Source: Octopus bimaculoides (Eukaryota). Taken from it: 38,868 bases of DNA. The translations under genes were made by a program, and so were the position numbers. Below the pieces are notes generated by a model that was given only the letters and a program-made list of their open reading frames with translations, ran no database searches and had not been told where the DNA came from. Shown here in pieces: positions 11,003 to 19,219 of this stretch. The DNA lies in the NCBI RefSeq assembly GCF_001194135.2, contig NC_069002.1:31245445-31284312 (forward strand), written 5' to 3'. Position 1 is the stretch's first letter. Each line of letters begins with the position of its first letter.

Positions 11003-12022
11003 ATTACCCACTTTTGTTTTCGATCACATTGTCTGTTTACATCTGACGTCTCGATACAAAACAGCAAAGATCAATGCTGGCTCTACAGAATATCTGTAGA
11101 AATGACCTTAACAAAATAATGTAAAAGCACTGCTGACACAATAGAACATAGTACTGACTTATAAAAACATTTAGTATACCTTATAGTATACCTTCTGTTT
11201 CCTGAACAAAGTACCATGTACCTTCAAGTCTTGTCAAACATTAGAAGTAAATGCACAACTTTTGTACATGTGTATAATAGGCAAACATATATAACAGTAA
11301 TTCATTGTTTGGATATTCGAGCTCATAGTTATGTGCCTGTGAATGTGTTTGTAAAACTATTGTGTTACCTCTAATGTTTGCTGTAGCTGTGAGTAGAAAT
11401 TTGTGTTGTATGCAAATCTTGCCTCTCTTTACAAAGTATCTGTATACCAACAGGAGTAACCCCTGCTCAAATTTCTTCAGTTACGAATATTTAATCTTAT
11501 CTTGAAANNNNNNNNNNNNNNNNNNNNNNNNNNNNNNNNNNNNNNNNNNNNNNNNNNNNNNNNNNNNNNNNNNNNNNNNNNNNNNNNNNNNNNNNNNNNN
11601 NNNNNNNNNNNNNNNNNNNNNNNNNNNNNNNNNNNNNNNNNNNNNNNNNNNNNNNNNNNNNNNNNNNNNNNNNNNNNNNNNNNNNNNNNNNNNNNNNNNN
11701 NNNNNNNNNNNNNNNNNNNNNNNNNNNNNNNNNNNNNNNNNNNNNNNNNNNNNNNNNNNNNNNNNNNNNNNNNNNNNNNNNNNNNNNNNNNNNNNNNNNN
11801 NNNNNNNNNNNNNNNNNNNNNNNNNNNNNNNNNNNNNNNNNNNNNNNNNNNNNNNNNNNNNNNNNNNNNNNNNNNCAACTTAATGTGACAATCCCAAGAA
11901 AGGAACACACTACTGCCGTTTAGCCCTAGGAAGCTGGACCGCTTCCTGTCGGCCTTGACACAATTACTGTGTCCTTAAGTTTGAGAGGGGGAGACAAGCT
12001 CCTCCACCCAGCCTAGCCAGCA

Positions 12023-12065
12023 TTCAGGGACATGTTTCTGAGTCTTTGCTCGTCATCAGCCTGAA
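12023..12065 (-). ncRNA. Minimal type I hammerhead ribozyme with palindromic stem III
   Basis: UUCAGG-CUGAUGA-C GAG CAAAGA CUC A-GAA-ACAUGU-C|CCUGAA. It has a perfect 6-bp stem I, an intact core, a GUC cleavage triplet and a self-complementary ACAUGU. The stem II closing pair is a non-canonical C/A. Confidence 0.8.
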
Positions 12066-12193
12066 GTAGTTTGCCAGCTGGTTAAAGGGGCCTGTTTAGC
12101 TCTCGCAAACTTATATAATCATAGTGAAGTTTATTCACTGATCAGCAAAATTAGAAATATAATATTTCTAAATCTCTCAGAGATTTATAATAC

Positions 12194-12372
12194 GGGGACT
12201 TAAACACACCGATGCTGGTGTGTTTAAGTCCCCTTAACTAAGCGGTTCAGCAAAAGAGACTGACAGAATAAGTACCAGGCTTACAAAGACTAAGTCCTGG
12301 GGTCGATTTGCTCGACTAAAGGCAGTGCTCCAGCATGGCCGCAGTCAAATGACTGAAACAAGTAATAAGAGT
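12194..12372 (+). mobile_element. 5'-truncated SINE family A tail beginning with a 17-bp fold-back inverted duplication
   Basis: GGGGACTTAAACACACC-gatgct-GGTGTGTTTAAGTCCCC, followed by the normal family A tail. Confidence 0.85.
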
Positions 12373-12375
12373 AAC

Positions 12376-12418
12376 TATGCCATTTTAATCCCTAGCAACG
12401 CCAGGTATCCCTGCTAGT
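12376..12418 (+). mobile_element. Helitron-type 3' terminus fragment
   Basis: CCCTAGCAACGCCAGG (decayed GC hairpin of the CCCGGGCAACGCCGGG type) followed by ...CTGCTAG|T. A hairpin plus CTRR before T is the Helitron 3' signature. Confidence 0.55.
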
Positions 12419-12429
12419 ATATATATAAC

Positions 12430-12650
12430 CCTAACTCTTCGAAACACCAGTGTTAGAATGGTGGCAGCTGATGAAGGAAATGTTCTCTATGTGGCCTGTG
12501 TTTTCTGTACTCTGGTTATTATTACTTTTTTGTCTACGTTTTGTTTGCAACGTCCTGTACCCAGATATGCATCTATATATATATATATACAGGTAGATGT
12601 AGGTATGCACATACATGTACATATATATGCATATATTCATTTACTATTTG
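12430..12650 (+). repeat. Dispersed repeat family shared with 1711-1870 (-) and 8020-8250 (+)
   Basis: The order CTTCGAAAC...CTGA(T/A)GAAGG.AAT.TTCT.TATGT...TCCTGTACCCA.ATATGC is present at both 8020-8200 and 12440-12570. Confidence 0.65.
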
Positions 12651-12655
12651 TATTA

Positions 12656-12789
12656 CGTGTGGTGGACCAAAAGTCATGCACCACTAATTTGTTTTGCTTT
12701 GTAATTTAATATAAAGTGTTGGTTTTGAAACATGCAAGATATATTTCAAGAGTTTTAATTTTGGTGCATGACTTTTGGTCCACCCTGTG
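12656..12789. mobile_element. Tc1/mariner-type MITE (about 134 bp)
   Basis: Perfect 23-bp inverted repeat GGTGGACCAAAAGTCATGCACCA (12661-12683) / TGGTGCATGACTTTTGGTCCACC (12762-12784), preceded by TA. Confidence 0.8.
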
Positions 12790-13314
12790 TTTTTGTGCAC
12801 ACATGAGTACATGTGTGTGTGTGTGCATGTATCATTGGGCTTGTGTACCCCCACCCTTCACAGCATTGTTTAAAAAACAAATAAGCACGGGTCAATTTGT
12901 TCAACTAAACCCTTCGAGGTGGTGCCCCAGCATGGCCACAGGCCAATGACTAAAGCAAACAAGACAATCATGCAGTTCTACAGCTTTGACGACCAGTGGA
13001 ATAAAATAAAATCGGTGACTGGTAGCAGCCTAACACATACCAGGATGGAAAAGCAGACGTAAAACAAAAGGTTGAACGAATAAACTTAAACACTATGAAA
13101 GCTTGCAATTAACTGAATTTTGAGGGGTTTTTTTCTAGGCTGTTATTAGTATAGATGCAAAAAGGTGTAAAAATGGCAAAACACAAAGAGTATACATACA
13201 TATATGAGAGAGACAGGAGAGCTAAGTGCTTGTGTGTGTGTGTGTGTGTATAAGTAGGTATGTGTAGAAGCAGTGTGCATGTGTTTACATATGTGTGTGT
13301 ACGTATATTTGTAA

Positions 13315-13356
<42 letters not shown>

Positions 13357-13502
13357 TGTGTGTATGTATATTTACATATATCTGTACATATATGTGTGAG
13401 TGTATAATGGGTCACCCACTAACCTCAATTATATACACCCAGTCATCTATTATGTAGGCAATGGTTAAAGAACTGATTATCAAACAGTCACATGACTACA
13501 AC

Positions 13503-13546
<44 letters not shown>

Positions 13547-13749
13547 CAACAACATTGATATTTTGATTCCATTTGACTTCCTTTGAATTGTTTTTCATTC
13601 TCTCAGAGTTCTGTGATTGGTCCACAACTGGCGCTGTCATGATTGGTGCGAATATGGACCAGACTGTTTTGGAAACTGATGCTAATTGAAATCAAACACC
13701 AACGAATGATAACTCTCCAGTTGCAGGAAATGTTTACTCCATGAAGGAC

Positions 13750-13751
<2 letters not shown>

Positions 13752-13781
<30 letters not shown>

Positions 13782-14085
13782 CCTTTCTACAATAAGCACA
13801 AAGCCTGAAATTTTAGAGAAGGGGACTAATTGATTACATCGACCCCAGTGGTTCACTGGGACTTAATTCATCAAACCTGAAAGGATAAAAGACAAAATCA
13901 ACCTTGACAGAATTTGAACTCAGAATGTTGCGACAGGCAAAATGCCACTAAGCATTTTTCCCAGTGTGCTAACGATTCTGCCAGCAAGCCATCTTAATAA
14001 TAATAATAATAATAACCCTTTCTACTATAGGAACGAGGCCTGAAATTTGGGGAGAGAGGACTAGTCAATTGCATTGACCTTAGTG
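13752..14085 (-). mobile_element. SINE family C: one near-full copy with (AAT)n tail plus an adjacent partial 3' copy
   Basis: The reverse strand has a family B-type head (GGCAGAATCGTTAGCAC...CTGAGTTCAAATTC), the shared module, and AAATTTCAGGC...GTAGAAAGGATTATT. The tail is repeated at 13996-14085. Confidence 0.8.
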
Positions 14086-14109
14086 TGTCATCATCATTAT
14101 CATATGTGC

Positions 14110-14269
14110 AGGAGTGGCTGTGTGGTAAGTAGCTTGCTTACCAACCACATGGTTCTGGGTTCAGTCCCACTGCGTGGCACTTTGGGCAAGTGTCTTCTAC
14201 TATAGCCTCAGGCCGACCAAAGCCTTGTGAGTGGATTTGGTAGACGGAAACTGAAAGAAGCCCGTCGTA

Positions 14270-14326
<57 letters not shown>

Positions 14327-14528
14327 ATATGTTTGTGTGTCTGTGTTTGTCCCCCCAACATCGCTTGACAACCGATGTTGGTGTGTTTACGTCCCCATAA
14401 CTTGGCAGTTCAGCAAAAGAGACTGCTAGAATACGTACTAGGCTTAGAAAGAATAAGTCCCAGGGCTGATTTGCTCGTCTAAAGGCGGTGCTCCAGCATG
14501 GCCGCAGTCAAATGACCGAAACAAGAGT
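14110..14528 (+). mobile_element. SINE family A, full length
   Basis: A/B boxes, central (TA)n tract and tail are all present. Confidence 0.92.
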
Positions 14529-15108
14529 AACATCACACTTTCTGAGCTGCACCGGCATACACCCACCAGCACCCACATACACCCATATGCAACTACATAA
14601 CTGTTACAAGGGACATAGCATGTTCCTTGCCCCCCCCTAAAAGCATTACCCTTCTTACCGTCTTCCTATGTCTCTATTTCTCACAAATGTTTCCCTCACT
14701 TTATTAACCCGCCAAGCAACTTGTTAGATTAACAAGTTGCGTCCTGAAGTCTCTAGAAGAGATTAAAAGAGACAAAGTAGGAGGTCTAAAGAGCTTGAGG
14801 GTAGATATCTGAAACCTGGCCGTCCTTTAATCCATAAATTGTCAGAAGGTATTATACAGCTGTAGATTGAAGCTGTTCATTAGGTTTTCGTTTTGTTTTT
14901 TCATTTAGACTAAGGGGTGGAAAACTTTCGACGACCTCTTACTTCAAAGCTTCTATTTCTTTCTTATTTATAAGAAACCAAGCCATGATTGGAGTGAGAG
15001 CTGTCTGCTTGCTATTCGTAGCAGGTCAAATCAATATGGAGAACTGACCTGCTAAATATAGCAGACAATTCTCACTCCAGCCTTAACTTCACTTATTAGA
15101 AATAAGAA

Positions 15109-15343
15109 AAGGCAGCGAGCTGGCAGAAACGTTAGCACGCCGGGCGAAATGCTTAGCGGTATTTCTTCTGCCGTTACATCCTGAGTTCAAATTCCGCCGA
15201 GGTCAACTTTGCCTTTCGTCCTTTTGGGATCGATAAATTAAGTACCAGTTACGTACTGGGGTCGATGTAATCAACTTAATCCCTTTGTCTGTCCTTGTTT
15301 GTCCCCTCTATGTTTAGCCCCTTGTGGGCAATAAAGAAATAAG
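15109..15343 (+). mobile_element. SINE family B, full length with target-site duplication
   Basis: Head GAGCTGGCAGAAACGTTAGCAC...CTGAGTTCAAATTCC. AGAAATAAGAAAA flanks both ends (about 15098-15110 and 15335-15347). Confidence 0.9.
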
Positions 15344-15749
15344 AAAATAGTAAGTTTGCTTCACTGACAGGAATGGTCACAAATGGAATGTCTTTGATCA
15401 AAAGGTCTGATAGATGAGAGATGCCGGTTTACACTGACATTGACTAAATAAGAAAATATTCTGTATTGGACTGCACTGGTTTAATGGTTAGATTACAAAA
15501 CTGTGATGGTCTAATGACTACAAAACTGGACTGCAATAATTTAGTTATTAGAGTACAAGACTATCATGCATAATTGATTAGAGTACAAGCCAGTGATTGT
15601 TAAAGGATCAGAGGACTGCACTGACTAGGGTTAATGAGTACCAGACTATTAGGGTTCAGGAGCCAGAATACAGAACTGTTGTTGTTTCGTAGTCCAAGTG
15701 ATGGACTTTGATGGTTTACAGGTAGAGTACAAGATTGCAGTTAATAGAA

Positions 15750-16776
15750 TGATTGTGCAATTCACCAGAGAGGGGAAGGAGTCAATATCACCTTGTCCAG
15801 GTCAACCAGGGCCCTCTGACAGGACCCTTCTCTTTGCTAAGAGAATGTGGAGGATAATCCTGGTTGCAAGGCCTCTGATAGAGAACAAGCTGATGTTAGT
15901 CCCAGAACAGCTGTCAGGTATCTCCACAAACTTGGTTACTATGGAAAAGCAGCAAGAAGGAAACCACTTCTTCAACCAGCCAACATAAAGCGGAGAAAAG
16001 ATTGGGCCAGTGAGAAGATGGAGAGGCCATTTTAGCATTTTGGGACACTGTCATATTCTCTGATGAGCCTAGAGTTGCTGTATTTTCTGACAGTGGTCGA
16101 GTGTGGGTCTGGAGACTCTGTNNNNNNNNNNNNNNNNNNNNNNNNNNNNNNNNNNNNNNNNNNNNNNNNNNNNNNNNNNNNNNNNNNNNNNNNNNNNNNN
16201 NNNNNNNNNNNNNNNNNNNNNNNNNNNNNNNNNNNNNNNNNNNNNNNNNNNNNNNNNNNNNNNNNNNNNNNNNNNNNNNNNNNNNNNNNNNNNNNNNNNN
16301 NNNNNNNNNNNNNNNNNNNNNNNNNNNNNNNNNNNNNNNNNNNNNNNNNNNNNNNNNNNNAAGAAGGCTCTTTATTTATGGAAGACGGGGATCCTTGTCA
16401 CACAGCTAAAATGGCCCAAGATTAGTTGGAAGAGAATGGCACTCAAAAGCTTCCATGGCCAAGCCAGTCACCAGATATGAACCCTATTGAACAGCCCTGA
16501 GGCATAATGGACAGGACACTTCATAAAAAGAACAAGAAAGCATCGTCAAAGCCAGATCTTTTGAGAATTACTGCATGAAACTTGGCAAGAAAATATTCAT
16601 GATCTGATCAATAACATGCCTAATAGGGTCCTTGCATTGAAAAATGCAAAGGGCATGTCTACTAAATATCAAATATTCACATTATAATAATTAATAAATA
16701 ATTTGAATGTATAATTTCAGATTCAAATAAATTTTAGCAATTATTAGGGTGTCTATTCACTTCTGTCATGTCTGTG
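15750..16776 (+). mobile_element. Decayed Tc1 (DD34E) transposon with transposase pseudogene and right TIR
   Basis: Translates to VSPRTAVRYLHKLGYYGKAARRKPLL, FWDTVIFSDE, MEDGDPCH and SPDMNPIE (34 residues between D and E, with an in-frame TAG), and C-terminal INNMPNRVLALKNAKGMSTKY. It ends ...CTGTCATGTCTGTG|TA and is interrupted by gap 16122-16360. Confidence 0.9.
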
Positions 16777-16854
16777 TATATATGTATGTTTAGTTATATC
16801 CCTTTACTTTGTTCAAAGTTTATATCCAATCAGAATAAACTTTGTTCACTCATT

Positions 16855-16992
16855 CTTATCTACTCTAGGCAGAAGACCTGAAATTATAGGGGAGGGGGGG
16901 TCAGTCGATTAGATCAACTCCAGTACACAACTGGTACTTAAATTATCGACCCCGAAAGGATGAAAGCAAAGTCGACCTCGGGGAATTTGAGA
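16855..16992 (-). mobile_element. SINE family B/C partial copy
   Basis: CCTGAAATT...GTCGATTAGATCAACTCCAGT...GGTACTTAAATTATCGACCCCGAAAGGATGAAAGCAAAGTCGACCTCG...GAATTTGA. Confidence 0.75.
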
Positions 16993-18589
16993 ATCAGCTA
17001 AGTACCAGGAGATAGTTAGAGGTAGGGATATTTAATCAATCGTTCCTTGTCTCCAAAAGTTGGCCCTTAATATACTTTTCTACACTCTTACCCTTAGTGG
17101 AATCGATACATTGTCAGACAAAAATGCTTCATATTTTGCCATGGCCTTTTATGTTCTGAGTTCAAATCTCATCAAGACTTACACTTTGTTAGTCACTCTT
17201 CGAAGGAGGGGGGGGGGGGGGGGGGGTGATGAAATCAATTACTCGAGATAAATTTGTTTGTTTGTGTTTTGATTTTTACACCTGTATTTTCATGCTCACG
17301 TCGTTTAGACATATATGTTACCATAGTACCATTTTACAACTTGTTCTTTTCCAGTTACTAAGCAGGTGCACTAGATGGCACTGTCGCCTCACTATTCAAT
17401 GGTGCACCCTCAGATTTACAGCGATGCACTTATTTCAAAACCCCATTTTAGCATTATTACAAATTAGTGCCCACCCAGAATATTCAAAAGCAACCTCAGG
17501 TGCCAGAGTCTGGTGAAGGGCCTGACTGGATGCCCTTCTTGCTAATCTTTACCTGTTTTTCAGGTAAGGGCTCTCTTATTCCACAGCTTTACCACTTCTA
17601 GCTCACCAATTTGCAGACAAACGCATATATAAATTATCTCACTTAATGTACCTCACTCTTGAAAAGTGGCAACATTTTTGTCGGTTGTCATCTGGGATAA
17701 TTTTAGTAACAAATCAAACAGGTAAGATACATTAAGAATTTCAATTTTAGTGTTTATCCATAATGTTACTGCTTTTACACCTGTTAATTAAATTTACCTG
17801 CCCATAAAAGTCAAATTTACTCAACAAGATCAGCTAAAATTACATAACTATAAACCAGTGGTATACAAAGCACCCACTGATAAAATTTCAAATCTGTAAA
17901 AATTTACAGTTACAAGCAATTATTGTGGACATCCTCCTTGAATCTGAATAATTCAAAATAACGTGAACAAATAAGCATTACATTTGACAGATTAATATGA
18001 ACACTTAAGACGTTTTTAGATTCCTCCCCCCCACACTCTGGAATTATTAGCAATTTTCCTTTAAGTCGAAAATGTTTCTCACGGGTTTTAAGTGTGTAGT
18101 GAATAAAGTCGTTTCGGAAAAGATGCCTCCCATAATTCTGAAGACTTTGGTGAAAAACATCGGAAAAAATCCCCGTCAAAACGGAGAAATTCCAATTTAT
18201 GTGGGCTGTCTGATCCGAAACTCCGTTTTCCAGAATCTCCCCGCCCGCTTCCAAACATTTCGCCTATAAATTTCTTTGTAATTGTAATCTACACCGTTTG
18301 AAAGGTATCTGTATAAAATTTCATTAAAAAATACGGTTAATGTTTGCAAAACCTATTTTCCAGAAAGTTATGAGGAGGAAAATGTCGGGTTCTCTGAATT
18401 TTCCGAAACTTCTCTTTCCAACCACTCGGAAAAGTTTTTTTTTTTCCAATAAATCTTTACATACACTCAATCAACAGGATATAAGCGATTATTTGGTGAA
18501 AGTTTCGTTAAAAAAGTATCCATTTTTCTGGAAGTTATGAGGCAACAAATTCAGTGGGGTATTAAACTGTAGTTATGCCTTTTTTCAAT

Positions 18590-18695
18590 GAATGTTAACG
18601 TTAATGGGTTAACGTCAGTACCAGTTACGTTTTCAACGGATTAACAATTAACGAAGTTAACTTTTTGGTTAACGGATTAACGGTACCCACCTCTG
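18590..18695. mobile_element. Probable hAT-like element terminus with TTAAC-rich subterminal repeats
   Basis: Clustered GTTAAC/GATTAAC motifs ending in CCCACCTCTG (reverse complement CAGAGGTGGG, a common hAT-type end). No partner end was found. Confidence 0.4.
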
Positions 18696-18732
18696 GTATT
18701 TGTATTTGTGTATATGTATGTATGTATGTATG

Positions 18733-18880
18733 CAGAGCCGGCTTAGCAACATTATTATAGGCCCTATAGAATATATCCATTGCCATCAACCCACAGCGAA
18801 CACAGACCAGAATTGGACTCCTAGACCTTTTGGGGTTCCAAGGCAACTGACCAGTGTGCACGTGCCTTGATATGGCACTG
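18733..18880. mobile_element. Short hAT-like MITE remnant
   Basis: The ends CAGAGCCGGCTTA / TGATATGGCACTG resemble the 2585-2845 element. No TSD is visible. Confidence 0.35.
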
Positions 18881-19219
18881 TGCGCGCGCGCGCGTTTGTA
18901 TATGTGTGCTTGTATTATACATGTATGTGTGTACGTGTTTGTTTTGTGCTTTCTTATACGTTTGTGTATGCGAGTAGCTTATCTATTTTTAGCACTTTCA
19001 ATTTAGTCCAATAAGGATATTGCTACAGGTCAGATTAACCGGTCAATTAATGTATTCGATGTCACGGGGTTAAGTACTGTATGACCTGTGACCTCCTCAA
19101 ACGGAAAACATTATCTTTTCCGTGGCTCTCTAAAAGTATATAACTTTATCACAGCAATTTAATAGAGGTTTAAAAATGAAACGAGCAGAAAAAAAATATA
19201 TAAAGAAGAATCATTTACC

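Larger units (their letters stand above)
10662..11096. repeat. Inverted repeat (arms about 10662-10845 and 10935-11096), each arm carrying a hammerhead motif; probable Penelope-like pLTR pair
   Basis: The minus arm reads GAGTACTGATGAAGGAGCAATAATTCCCGAAATATGGTATATACACTTATTACCCACTTTTGTCTTCGATTACATTGTC. The plus arm reads GAGTGCTGAAGAAGGGGCAACAATTCCCCGAAATATGGCAAATACGCTCATTACCCACTTTTGTTTTCGATCACATTGTC. Confidence 0.85.

Noticed and set aside
12444-12480. CGAAACACCAGUGUU...CUGAUGAAGG in permuted hammerhead order
   Set aside because: Stem III is plausible, but the intervening AGAAUGGUGGCAG cannot form stem I and stem II is minimal.
17880-18560. Short ORFs of 65-114 aa upstream of the hAT-like end
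   Set aside because: No transposase or host motif is recognisable. It is probably the non-coding interior of a DNA transposon.
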